Of a DNA stretch of 64,000 bases, positions 17,023 through 29,800 are shown piece after piece; positions within the stretch are counted from its first letter, which is position 1, and each line of letters begins with the position of its first letter. This DNA is from the human T2T-CHM13v2.0 reference genome, Homo sapiens, in NCBI RefSeq assembly GCF_009914755.1, contig NC_060947.1. One strand, given 5' to 3'. The notes beneath the pieces are model-generated. The model was not told the origin of the DNA, did not search any database, and worked only from the letters and a program-made list of their open reading frames with translations. The position numbers and the translations under genes are program-made.

Positions 17023-17977
17023 AAAAATTTAACTTTTTAAAAAAGAATGATAAAGTATACAAGTAGAGAGGGTTCTTAGTACCCACCATCACCCTTATGC
17101 CCAGCAAGGGAATTTTTTTAGTCCATTTCTTTCCATAAGTGTACCTGAGAGAGTGGTACATGAGTGTGGACTTGGAATAGGAAAATCACTATCATAGTTA
17201 CATAATTACAGACTCCAGCTTGCCAGACATCAGCTTTCTCTGGCAAAAAACAACCCCTGAAAAATAAAATCAGATTTTCTTTTATTTAGTTAACTTTAGG
17301 TGCTCTCTTAGGTGGTAATAACTGAAAGAAATTTAATAGAACATGTCACTTGAATCTGAACAAATATTTGATTTCTTTTCTCAGAATCTTCACAGTAAGC
17401 CTGGAGGAGCATCCCATTTTCCTTGGTCTTTGTTACAGAGCAGAGGTAAACTCATGCTTTGATCAATACTAACTCAGGACTTGATAAAACTGCACACTAT
17501 AACCTGAAAAAGGTGTCACATCTGTATTTGAATTCTTCTTTAAGATTCTTAGTACTGAGTTCATTAATTTGTTCACCAATAAATTATTAAGCACCTATCA
17601 TGCGTCAGGCATTCCTTTCATCACTGGGGGTCCAGCAACAACAAATGGTGATTAAATTGTAAGAAAGCTATCCAGAAAATAAAACAAATAAGTCATATTC
17701 CATATGTTGATAAGTACGTGGAGTAAAATGAGGCAAAGGAGATTAGTAGGGAGTTTTGAGGGGTGAGATAAGGATTTCATTATTAATAAGTTAAAGAAGG
17801 TCTTACTGGGAAGATCTTATTTGAATTAAAACCTGAAAGAGGAGAGGGAGGGAACCATTTGAATATCTTTAGAAGAGCATTCCAGGGAAATATTATACAA
17901 AGGAGGTGAAGGTTGCCATTCAGGGCTGTGAGAGTGCTCAGGACACATTTGATTTACTTAAACTTTTAGCTCAGGGT

Positions 17978-18191
17978 AGGGTTTCTCAACTTTCTCACTA
18001 TTGACATATTAGGCTAGATAATTCTTTGTTGTGGGGGGCTGTCCTGTGTGTTGTAGGATGTTAACAGCATCCTGGACTCTACCAGCTAGAAGCCAGTAGC
18101 ACCCTCACAGCTAGTTGAGGCAACTAAAAATGTCTTCAGATATTGCTAAATGTCTCTTGAGGAGAAAAATTGTCCTGGTTGAGAATCACTG
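17978..18191 (+). mobile_element. MER20 (hAT-Charlie)
   Basis: GGTTTCTCAAC..ACTATTGACAT..GATAATTCTTTGTTGTGGGGGGCTGTCCTGTG..GGTTGAGAATCACTG. Confidence 0.9.
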
Positions 18192-20466
18192 AATTTGAGT
18201 CAACATAAGTAACAATGACCAAATATATTTTTTTCTACTGTACGTCCATCATTTGCATGGCCTATAAAGAATAAATTCTTTGATTCTATTCTTTTGTCTC
18301 GCTACATATCAGTTCGGACTTGAGTCTAGTGGGAAGAACTTCATGACAGATGGTTTCACTGGTCCCAAGATGATATTTTTGTAGTCACTCTGTCTGTGCT
18401 CTCTGGTAGATGTTTTCTCTAGCTGTGACCACGATTCAGAGTTCAGCAGTGGCCATTAGAGTGCATTAGGCTAGACTTGTTAAATGCATATTTATTCAGG
18501 AGTAAGTGTTTTTGTAGGTCATGGAAGCTGTGACAGAAAATGTTCTGAGCAGAGCCAGAACTCTTCTCTCCACAAAGCAATGTAGTCACCCCCTAATACC
18601 TTGGAAAGCTCAGAGGCAAAATCTGGACCAACAAACTGAATACTTAAAGCAGCAGTACCTTTCACAAAGATGATTTTTAAAACTCTAAGAGATAGACCTC
18701 TAGAAGCTAACAGATATGTTGGTTTTTATAGATAACACAGAAAATTGTCCCCTGACTAACAATAATCACAATGAAAATACAAGATATACATGCCTGCACA
18801 TACAAATGTTTATGGTTTCTATTAAAATTCTGATTCATTTTGTATACATATAGACAAAATAATACAGAATTTTGGTATTCTTATGTGAAACCCATCCATT
18901 TGAAAGTCATATTTGGTACATTGAAAAAAACATTCCCAGGTCACATTTAATTTGGTCATGTAGTATATTATTGCTCTCCAGAATTGGTTGTATCACCAAA
19001 ACATGATACCTCCGCTTTCTCCCCCAACTGCCAAATCTGGCATTATCCAGCTTTCCAAATGTTGCCAATCTAATATTATTACAAGGGACTATTAATTTGT
19101 TGTTGTTTTAATTAACATTTTTGTGATTAGCTGTAATTTTGAGCAGTTTTATAAATGCTATATTCACTTTCTAAATTTCCTGTTCTGTAAATTGCTCATG
19201 TATCTATTAGAGATTATGTGTTTTTCTTGTTGATTTGTAGCAGTTTCTTATATAATTTAAATACTAATTACTCGTCTATTTTAGACATTACAAATATCAT
19301 CTGTTCAATCATTCCTCAAAAACTGTGTCCATGGTTACTGTCACTGAACAGAAATCTTTACCTGTGATGTAATAAACATTACTGGAAATTTTACTTTCTT
19401 TGCATCTTGTTCTATAAACATGCAATAATCACCTAAGTGCTGAATTCTGGAGAAGAGGTTCTCAGATAACTTAGTCCCACTCACCTAGGGGTCACTAGTT
19501 TAGGAGAAAGAAGCATAATTGTAAATAAAGGAAAATTAAATTTAAGAAATGTCAAAACACTGAAATGAGAACATAGGAATTTGAAAAACATGTATTAATG
19601 AGGACTAGCTTTGCTGAAATCATGAGTTTAGGAAGAAAAAAAAAGTTTCTCCCATTTCTTATGAGAAAAGGAGTCAGTCTTTTCACCCTTCTCTTGGCTA
19701 TGCCCTGGAATTTTCTAGGTGTTTTCCTAGTGGAAATGTCAACTCCTTAATGTTTATTAATAAGTGCATTTATTGAGACAGACTTCGTTTTAGAAGCCAG
19801 TGATGTGGATATGACTAAGAATCATATCCTGCCTTAAGAAGGCTACAGAATAAAAACAAAAATCTAGATACCCTTCATTCACATCAGCATATGGGCATCC
19901 TGAACCATCTTGTATTCAAACAATTTAACTCTGAAATTAAGTAGTTCTGCTTTCCGGATTGCATTCTGCATATTTTAGCATCACCACTTATGACAATTGT
20001 TCATTTAAGTTCTATTTACTATGCTTGTTTCATTTAATGTAGCTGAGTCCCATAGGTAGATGGTGCAAATATATTTAGGGAGTTGAGAAAAGGCAGATAA
20101 TAAGCTGGATGAGTCGATAAAGACTTTGAAGCAGAGTATTAATGCAATCAGATTTTCATTTTAAAGTGATTATTGAAACTACAGTGTGAGGAATGTATTG
20201 GGCTTATTTGGTTGTTGGGGTAGTAGATAAGATCAATGTAGGACAGCAGACATGAATGTGTGTTAGAAATGCAAATGAAAGGCAAAGGTGGCCTTTACTG
20301 TGGAAACATTAGCATGATGGAGCAAAGTTCATAAAGAGACTATTGATTAGAAGGAAGAGTTCACATAAATTTTAAAGATCCATTAATAATTTGTCTAGTG
20401 TTGGGGTGGGCTATCATTGATGACTTTCCATTTCTGGCTTAGTCAGCTATATCAAGTATTGTCCCA

Positions 20467-20856
20467 TGTATTAGTCTGCTCAGGCTGCCATAACAAAATA
20501 CCACAGACTGAGTGGTTTAAACAACAGAAATATATTTTTTCACAGTTCTGGAGGCTGGAAATCCAAAATCAAGGTGCTGGCAGGGTTGGTTCCTGGTGAA
20601 GCCTCTGGTCCTGGTTTGTAGAAGGCCACCTCCTGTGTCCTCACTTAGCCTTTCTTTTGTGCACACATGGAGAGAAAGAGAAATCCCTGGTGTCTCTTCT
20701 TATATGGCTACCAGTCCTGTAGGTTTAGGGGCCCCACCATTATGACCTCATTTAACCTTATTGACCCCCTTAAAGGTCTTATCTCCAAATACAGTCACAC
20801 TGAGGATTAAGGTTTCAATATATGAATTTTGTGGGGAGACACAAGCTAGTCTATGA
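20467..20856 (-). mobile_element. MLT1A-like MaLR LTR
   Basis: TGTATTAGTCTGCTCAGGCTGCCATAACAAAATACCACAGACTG..CACAGTTCTGGAGGCTGGAAATCC. Confidence 0.85.
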
Positions 20857-21071
20857 CTTCCTGGGTTCAGCAGACTTCTGTGACTAAATAAAATGAAAGT
20901 TCAAAAGTGTGGGATATTGTAAACATTTTATTTCAGCTTGTGAGATGTCTTTTTATTTTCTTGATGGTGTCATTGAAACAAATAGTTTTAATTTTATTAA
21001 GTCCAATTTATCCATTTTATTTAATCACTTGTGCATTTGGTTTCACAAAAAAAGAAAATTTACTAATGTAA

Positions 21072-21184
21072 ATACAATTATGTATTGCTTAATGATGGGG
21101 ACACGTTCTGGGAAATGCACCATTAGGTGGTTTCATCCTTATGTTTGCATCGTAGAGTGTACACAAACTTACACAAACATAGAT

Positions 21185-21237
<53 letters not shown>

Positions 21238-21432
21238 ATTTTTTCATAAGGAAAGCCAAATGCCCCAGAACCATTACTGAATGTCAATCATTTCCCCTAC
21301 TTGATTTGACCTGTCAATATCAAGTGTCATATATTAGGTTTTTATATACATTTCATTGTAATCTTCTGGGACCACCTTTGTACATGTGGTTTATCATTGG
21401 CTGAAACACCATTTTTCTGTGTATGATTACAG
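21072..21432 (+). mobile_element. Tigger3 (MER7/Golem) relic with internal (TA)n
   Basis: GCTTAATGATGGGGACACGTTCTG.GAAATGC..TAGAGTGTAC..ACACAAAC.TAGATGGTATA; GGGACCACC end region; (TA)n at 21187-21238. Confidence 0.75.
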
Positions 21433-23397
21433 TAGGTTATGATTGATATAAAGTCAGAAAACCACCTGGGTAATTCAAGTAAGTGTTACTTATATTAAGG
21501 ATCCTAAGCTGAGATTATGCTGAGCTATATAAAGTAGAAAACTTCAATAACAGTGGATTAAAAATTTTTTTTTTCAGGAATCTGATGGGTTTAGAAGATT
21601 TCCAAAACTGCCAAAAGCACTCTTTAACCAACTCAGATAATGGATTTGCTGACTGGTTGTGAGAAGAGCCCTTGGCCGCATTTTCCAGATAGTCATCTAG
21701 AACCCAAAACAAAGACCTGTTTAGTTACCAAGCCCATGACACCAGAAAGTTTTGGCCCCTTATTTCACATTTCTAAAAGCTTCAACATAGCATTCAGAAG
21801 AATAATATCAGAAGTACCACTAATCAGGACAGTAATAAGGGAACAACCTGCTAGAATAATGCAAGGCAGGAGACTTAGGAAATATTTCAACTATGTTTAT
21901 AGAAAAAAGGGTCCTAATATATAAAAATAGGTTATTTATCAACAGAACCAATAACAATAAATCCACCAGGCATGTTTTTGATCAGCTTTCTTTATGCAGC
22001 TAAAGCAGAATTGGTGATGGGATTATCTTCACTTGAAAACAAGCATGTGTTTTCATACATCCCTGCTGGGAAAATTAGGCAGTATCCATGTGACTCCAAA
22101 GGAAATATTGGAATTTCCTCAAATCCAAGGAGCACCAAGGAACTGAAATGCTGAAAGAAAGCAAGGTAGCAGATTTAGAAGAGATATTTCTACTATGTTG
22201 ATAGAGTTGCCATTCAAAATATTTTTTTAAAATAGAGATTAACATATCAATGAAGCCAACATCAATCCATCAGGTATCTGAATATGGCACTCTTGTACAG
22301 CCACAGTGGAGCTAGCGATGAAATTATCTTCACATAAACCTCATCAATTGAGGCTGCAGGAAGGGCAATTCCCCCCAAAAAAGTGCAATGCAAATTAACA
22401 AAACAATGCCAGTGACTCTGAGCAGTTAAAAGTAATGAAGTCCGCTAGAGTCCATCTTTAGCACAACTTCCTAAAAACCAGTGCTGAAACTGAATTTTCA
22501 AAACAAGTAATTAACTGAAAGACCAATTTACAAAAGCTTACTTTGCCAAATTATCAAGTTCTATAAAACCAATGACCAAATATAAAGGCATAACAAAATG
22601 GCTATGAGAACAAGGTTCATGTCCGATATTAGTATCTGAAAATGAAAAACATTTTCTGAGTATTAAATATACTTAAAAGAAATATTTTTCCATGACAAAA
22701 AAATATAGGATATATATGTATGTATTTGCTTGTTTTCTTCTCAAATTGTATTTCTGGTATATCTTCTTTTTGAAATATTTTAGATTTCAAATATAATATA
22801 ATTTTAACCTATCTTTTTAAAACATTTTGTAAGTTTGCATATGCATTATTAATATATATTGACTTTCAGAAACTAAGCATATGATTCAGACTTATTTTTA
22901 ACAGATTAATTTATCTTCTGCAAAATTTTGAATCTTTCTGAAAATTGCTGCCAAACTATGTATTTCCATGATTTTTTTCTAAACAATCAAAATTTTAGCA
23001 TTTCCTAATGACTGAAGAGTTAAAACAAATTATAGAGTTTTTGTATGATTTTGGTTGTATGATCAACTTATTAATTTAATGGTAATTCTAATTTCATATA
23101 AGAATACATGCACTTTAACTATTTTTCATTTAAAATTCTGCTTCCCTTTCAATGTTTTCACTTTGAATTGAATTACTTAAATTTTAAATTATGTAAAATA
23201 ACTGAATTTCAACTGAAAGTATCCAAAGGAAGGCAGAATTTAATTAAACTTAATTTAAATATAAAATAAAATATACATGGTGAGTTTCCTGCTGTTCTTT
23301 CTTTCCTGACTCCAGAAACTCAAAGCATGTCATCAAGAATCTCTATTTCTGCATGTTTTTAAAGAATCTCTAGGTACCCAATTTAAATGTGTTGGTT

Positions 23398-23910
23398 TCT
23401 ACCCAAAATAAAATAAATTATTATATCAAAAAGATACCTGCACTCATTATGTTTACTACAGCACTATTCACCATAGCAAAGATATGGTCTCACCTAAGTG
23501 TCCATCAAGGGATGACGGTATAAAGAAAATGTAGTATATATGCACAATAGAATAGTATTCAGCCATAAAAAATGAAATCACATGTTTTGCAGCAACATGA
23601 ATGAACTGCAGGGCATTATCTTAAGTGAAATAACTCAGAAACAGAAAGCCAAACACTGCATGTTGTCACTTACAAGTGAGAGCTAAATAATGTGTACACA
23701 TTTACACAGAGTGTGGAATAATAGACACTGGAGCCTTGGAAGGGTGGGAAGGTGGGACGTATGTGAAGGTTGAGAAATTATTTAATGGGTACACTGTACA
23801 CTATTCAGTGATGGTTACACTAAAAGCCCAGACTTCACTACTGTGCAATATATCCATGTATCAAAACTGTACTTGTACCCCCTAAATTTACACAAATAAA
23901 AATAAATAAG
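23398..23910 (+). mobile_element. L1MA-type 3' end
   Basis: CAAAAAGATACCTGCACTC..GCACTATTCAC..AAGTGAAATAACTCAGAA..GTACCCCCTAAATTTA, A-rich tail. Confidence 0.9.
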
Positions 23911-23967
23911 GAAATTTGTTTAATTCTCAGATAATCTGCCTTTAAATGAGAGCCCTAGATGCTCACT

Positions 23968-24162
23968 CAGTGGTTTTCAAAGTGTGTTCCCCAAACTAGC
24001 AGCATCAACATCACCTATGCACGAGTTAGAAATGCAAATTCCCAGGCCTTAGCCCAGAGATATTGAATTAATAAATCTGGGGGTAGAGGAGGGTTCCAAC
24101 GACCTCTATTTAAACTAGTTTTGAAGGTGATTATGATGCATACTAACATTTGAAAACCACCA
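23968..24162 (+). mobile_element. MER5A
   Basis: CAGTGGTTTTCAAAGTGTG..AGCAGCATCAACATCACC..GTTAGAAATGCAAATTC..TTTGAAAACCAC. Confidence 0.85.
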
Positions 24163-25109
24163 AAATTGTATGTAAGACAGCACTTACGGAGCATTTTTGA
24201 TATAAGAAAATCCTCTCTTCACCAATGAAGTTTCTGAAACTCCAAAGCAGTGACTTACTCCCATCATTTTATGAGCATTGAGTGTGCATGCAGAAACTCC
24301 CACACGCAAGACTTCCTTCAGCTCTCTCTAGGTTTGTGACCTCCTTGTTCTCAGAGAATACTATTACAGTGGAAATCTCTGGTAAGGTATTGGACCCAAC
24401 ACTTAAGCAGGTATCTTTGGACAAGTGGATAATCTTCTCAGGAGCCTCGGTTATTTTAGAGGCTCAAGGTCTACTCACTGTATATGCCATGAATTTACTG
24501 CCATGCTAATTTTGATGGGGGAAATCATTCTAAGCCTCCTTGCATTTAGTTTGAGTCAAGGATAACACAACCTTCTTCTTTTCTCATGAGATTGGAGAAA
24601 ATGGTGGCGACAATAACAATTTCAAATTGTCTTCCCTCCTTTAACCGCCTCAAATATTTTAATTCATTCAGACGAGCCTTGGACCAACAACTGCGGAACA
24701 AATTTGAGTCCAGTGCCTCTGCAAGATCATCCAGCACCTCACTTTAAAATATGTGTGTTGTTGGGGTGGGGGCAATTCTTGGCATCTGTAGTTTTGGCTT
24801 TTGGAATGCTCACATCAGAGAAAACATTGCTTCCAACATCCAGTTCAATGCTGGTTTTCAGGGATATGTCTGACCCATAGCACCCTCACTCACAACACAA
24901 CACCTTTAGTTATAGGCATAATAGTTGCATGTTACAGCCTCCCAGAGAGGTGAGGAGACAGGCCTGAAGCAACCACAAAGCAGTAGTGGCTGCATACTGC
25001 TGTGGGGTCACAATCACCCTCAATGAGAGGTTTATCTGCCCTGAAGGATATGGAGCTGACACTTGCATCTTGCTTGAAACCTCCAACTCATCCTTCTAAA
25101 GAGTAGAAG

Positions 25110-27255
25110 TGAGAGGTGACAGCGTGCTGGCAGTCCTCACAGACCTCACTCACTCTTGGCGCCTCCTCTGCCTGGGCTCCCACTTTGGCGGCACTTGAGG
25201 AGCCCTTCAGCCCACCGCTACACTGTGGGAGCCCCTTTCTGGGCTGGCCAAGGCCAGAGCCGGCTCCCTCAGCTTACAGGGAGGTGTGGAGGGAGAGGCG
25301 CGAGCGGGAACCGGGGCTGCGTGCAGGGCTTGCGGGCCAGCTGGAGTTCCGGGTGGGCATGGGCTTGGCGGGCCTGCACTCGGAGCAGCCAGCCGGCCCT
25401 GCCGGCCCCAGGCAGTGAGGGACTTGGCACCCGGGCCAGCGGCTGCAGAGGGTGTACTGGGTCCCCCAGCAGTGCCAGCCCACCGGTGCTGCGCTTGATT
25501 TCTTGCCAAGCCTTAGCTGCCTTCCCATGGGGCAGGCCTCCGGACTGCAGCCTGCCATGCCTGAGCCTTCCCCCGCCTCCATGGGTTCCTGTGCAGCCCG
25601 AGCCTCCCCGACGAATGCCGCCCCCTGCTCCACGGTGCCCAGTCCCATCGACCGCCCAAGCGCTGAGGAGTACGAGTGCACGGCGTGGGACTGGCAGGCA
25701 GCTCCACCTGCAGCCCCAGTGCGGGATCCACTGGGTGAAGCCAGCTGGGCTCCTGAGTCTGGTGGGGACATGGAGAGTCTTTACATCTAGCTCAGGGATT
25801 GTAAACACACCAATCAGCACCCTGTGTCTAGCTCAGGGTTTGTGAGTGCACCAATCGACACTCTGTATCTAGCTGCTCTGGTGGGGCCTTGGAGAACCTT
25901 TATGTCTAGCTCAGGGATTGTAAATACACCAATCGACACTCTGTATCTAGCTCAAGGTTTGTAAACACACCAATCAGCACCCTGTGTTTAGCTCAAGGTT
26001 TGTGAGTGCACCAATCGACACTCTGTATCTAGCTGCTCTGGTGGGGCCTTGGAGAACCTTTATGTCTAGCTCAGGGATTGTAAATACACCAATCGGCACT
26101 CTGTATCTAGCTCAAGGTTTGTAAACACACCAATCAGCACCCTGTGTTTAGCTCAAGGTTTGCGAGTGCACCAATCGACACTCTGTATCTAGCTGCTCTG
26201 GTGGGGCCTTGGAGAACCTTTATGTCTAGCTCAGGGATTGTAAATACACCAATCGGCACTCTGTATCTAGCTCAAGGTTTGTAAACACACCAATCAGCAC
26301 CCTGTGTTTAGTTCAAGGTTTGCGAGTGCACCAATCAACACTCTGTATCTAGCTGCTCTGGTGGGGCCTTGGAGAACCTTTATGTCTAGCTCAAGGATTG
26401 TAAATACACCAATCGGCACTCTGTGTCTAGCTTAGGGTTTGTGAGTGCACCAATCGACACTCTGTGACTAGCTGCTCTGGTGGGGCCTTGGAGAACCTTT
26501 ATGTCTAGCTCAGGGATTGTAAATACACCAATCGACACTCTGTATCTAGCTCAAGGTTTGTAAACACACCAATCAGCACCCTGTGTTTAGCTCAAGGTTT
26601 GCGAATGAACCAATCGACACTCTGTATCTAGCTGCTCTGGTGGGGCCTTGGAGAACCTTTGTGTCCATACTCTGTATCTAACTAATCTGATGGGGACGTG
26701 GAGAACCTTTATATCTAGCTCAGGGATTGTAAACCCACCAATCAGCACCCTGTCAAAACAGACCACTTGGCTTTACCAATCAGTGGGATGTGGGTGGGGC
26801 TAGATAAGAGAATAAAAGCAGGCTGCCCGAGCCAGTAGTGGCAACCCACTCGGGTCCCCTTCCACACTGTGGAAGCTTTGTTCTTTCGCTCTTTGCAATA
26901 AATCTTGCTGCTGCCCACTCTTTGGGTCCACACTGCTTTTATGAGCTGTAACACTCACCACGAAAGTCTGCAGCTTCACTCCTGAAGCCAGCGAGACCAC
27001 AAGCCCACCGGGAAGAATGAACAACTCCAGACGCGCCGCCTTAAGAGCTGTAACACTCACTGCGAAGATCTGCAGCTTCACTCCTGAGCCAGCGAGACCA
27101 CGAACCCACCAGAAGGAAGAAATTCCGAACACATCCGAACATCAGAAAGAACAAACTCCAGACGCGCCACCTTAAGAGCTGTAACACTCACCGCGAGGGT
27201 CTGCCGCTTCATTCTTGAAGTCAGTGAGACCAAGAACCCACCAATTCCGGACACA
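25110..27255 (+). mobile_element. LTR12C (ERV9) solo LTR, 2146 bp, with expanded internal tandem repeat
   Basis: Starts TGAGAGGTGACAGCGTGCTGGCAG and ends CCAATTCCGGACACA; 4-bp TSD GAAG at 25106-25109 and 27256-27259; CpG-rich 5' part. Confidence 0.97.
25790..26790 (+). promoter_or_regulatory. LTR12 CCAAT-box (NF-Y) repeat array, ~160-bp higher-order period
   Basis: About 18 CCAAT motifs counted by eye; GAGTGCACCAATC recurs with CCAAT at 25851, 26011, 26171 and 26331; AATAAAA at ~26811. Confidence 0.8.
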
Positions 27256-27460
27256 GAAGTTTGGAGTTCAGCTCTTCTTGGTTACAATCTGAGTTCTGTC
27301 TCTTACTGACTCTGAGACCTCTGAAAAGTCACTTATTCTGAATGTCACAAGGCACATTTCAATAACTTTCTCATGCAGTAAAGCTGAAATGAGATGACAA
27401 ATATAAAGCTTTAGTACAACTCCTGCTACTTGACAAGGTCAGCTCTCAGTGTTAGCTACA
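27256..27460 (+). mobile_element. MIR in array unit 1 (paralogues at ~30715-30940, 34085-34300, 37567-37780, 41480-41700)
   Basis: GGAG..GGTT.CAAT..GAG.TC..AAAGTCACTTA..AAATGAGAT..ATATAAAGC.TTAGTACA..TGTTAGCTA follows MIR consensus order, highly diverged. Confidence 0.7.
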
Positions 27461-27509
27461 GTAAGCAAAGGTCAGACTCAGTCTAAAGTGTTCACAAAAC
27501 AGAAGGTGG

Positions 27510-28122
27510 GGCTAGAGCAGTGGTTCACAAAATGTCATCCCCAAGCAGCAGCAGTACTACAGCCTAGGATCTGCATAGAAATGCAACTTCCCAGATGCCC
27601 ACCCAGAGCCACCTTTAGGATCTCAACTTTTAAGATCTGAGAACTCTATCCTCAAGAAAGACAAAAAGAAAAAAAAACCTAAAACTTTTTATGGTTCTCA
27701 CTCAGCAGAGCAGCCTCCACACTGGCATACTCAGGTCTGTCCTGAACTTAGGGCTGTTGTTCCCTGAGGATGGCCCCTGATCAGCATCACCTGTGCACTT
27801 GGTAGCTTTGCAAATTATCAGCCGCACCTATCCAAATCTACATAATCTGAACTTTAAGGTTGGAGGCCTAGCAGTGTGGATTTAAGAATTGCTCCAGGAA
27901 TCCCAATGTTTCCAAAGGGTGAGGATGATAATCTTTGAACCAATGGTTTTCCATATTTCCTTGAAAATAGAATCCTCACCAGATAATTTTAAAACTTCAG
28001 AAACAAGGTTTTATTATAAGAGATTCTAAATAATTTGAGATGAGGTGACAACTAAACAACACGTGTTTTCAAGCCCCTTTAGGGGGTCCAATGTGCAATA
28101 ATTTTGAGAAACACTGCTTTAG
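27510..28122. mobile_element. Cluster of MER5-like fragments in unit 1 (paralogues at ~30990-31600, 34350-34895, 37850-38750, 41750-42980)
   Basis: AGCAGTGGTTC..CAGCAGC..AGAAATGCAA; CAGCATCACCTG..TGCAAATT; TTTGAGAAACACTGC. Confidence 0.7.
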
Positions 28123-28563
28123 GTTCATCTTGCCCAACATTACCAAACGCAGTGGAAAAGTTTTTGCCTTCTAAGAAATCCCAAGAAAATACCTTCCATT
28201 GCCCTAACATGGATTATATGTCACCCCAACTTGACACACTTTCCCCAGGAGAGTAGAAAATTCACTGATGACGCCCAGGCACTCTCACCCTTGGCATATG
28301 AGGAGTGGATAGCTGCAATTAAAATACTTGGAATGAAACTGGGGGTGGAAGGTGGTGTGAGAGTTTCCTGAAAGGGGAATAGAAATTTCAAAGTTGGACA
28401 GTGTGAAGAGCAAACAACAGTTACATTAGATTACTTAATACTTTGGGAAGAATTTTTACAGTATGTTTTTTGTTAGTATTTTCTAGTTTGACAGTTTTTT
28501 AAGCATATTTTTTTCAGGAATTATTAAAGGTTGTATTGGCCTTTTCTTTAATTCATGCAGTAA

Positions 28564-28866
<303 letters not shown>

Positions 28867-29224
28867 AATCCTAAATTGTTTTCTAGGAAAATTTCCTTTT
28901 TGTTTTTCTGAATTATCAATATAGAGTTACATTAGTAATTCTCACAATGGTCAACTACTTAAATATGCTGGTAACATTTTAATATAAACACATGTTTATT
29001 TTGGTTAATCTAAAATTTGTAATATTTGATGTATATGCAGAAGGTTTGACTCTTTTCTCACTTAAGCAATGAAAAAATCATCATCCCACACATTTAAAAG
29101 ATTACTCAGAAATTCCCAAAATCATTTAAGTAGACAAACTAAGAACTAATGCATGGTTCTATTAGAAAGTAATCAAAATTAAATATTCTAATAGTTATCC
29201 CTTTATAAACTGTGCTGTAAAGGT

Positions 29225-29800
29225 TGTAATGCAACAGGTCAGAGTTGGTGAAAGACTGTATCATTCAAAAGTTGAAGACTGGCCCTTCACTGGCTCCTAA
29301 AAGGAAGGCCCTGAGCCTTTGAAATTTGTCTGATTAGAAAGTTTTCATCCATCTGAGGCTTTGGATACACCAGATGGTTCATACTAACAATGAGAATTAT
29401 GGTGCATGTCTATTTTTATATGAATGAAGCAGTGGCCAAGTTATGTCAGTTAGACATCAAGATGGTCAAAAGCTAAAGATAATTATGTGGACATTCCATG
29501 CTTACATGACCAGTGCTCGGGAGTGCTTATCTAGTTGGCAACACTTGGCACAGGTGGTCACACACCTGGCTGGGAGAAATAAGCACAATGCATGTGACTC
29601 CACTGGAAGAGGATGGCTGGAAACTTGACCCTAAAGTTTCTTGGACTCAGCCCTGTGCTCTGTTTCCACTGGCTAATTTTCATCTCTGTTCTTGTACTGC
29701 AATATACTGTAAGCACCAGTAGAATGGCCTTTTTGAGTTATGTCGAGGCCCTCTAACGAACCATGGAACCTGAGGCTGGCCTTAAAGTACACCAGCAGGC
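29225..29800 (+). mobile_element. MER21 LTR, unit 1 copy
   Basis: TTGGCAACACTT..GCTGGGAGAA.TAAGC..TGTGACTCCACTGGAAGAGGA..GGAAACTTG..GGACTC core of MER21. Confidence 0.8.

Noticed and set aside
25116-25845. Cluster of overlapping GC-rich ORFs and an apparent CpG island
   Set aside because: Entirely inside LTR12C; open frames reflect GC content.
25790-26790. Regular repeats resembling a CRISPR array
   Set aside because: Eukaryotic LTR12 internal tandem repeat with no unique spacers and no cas genes.
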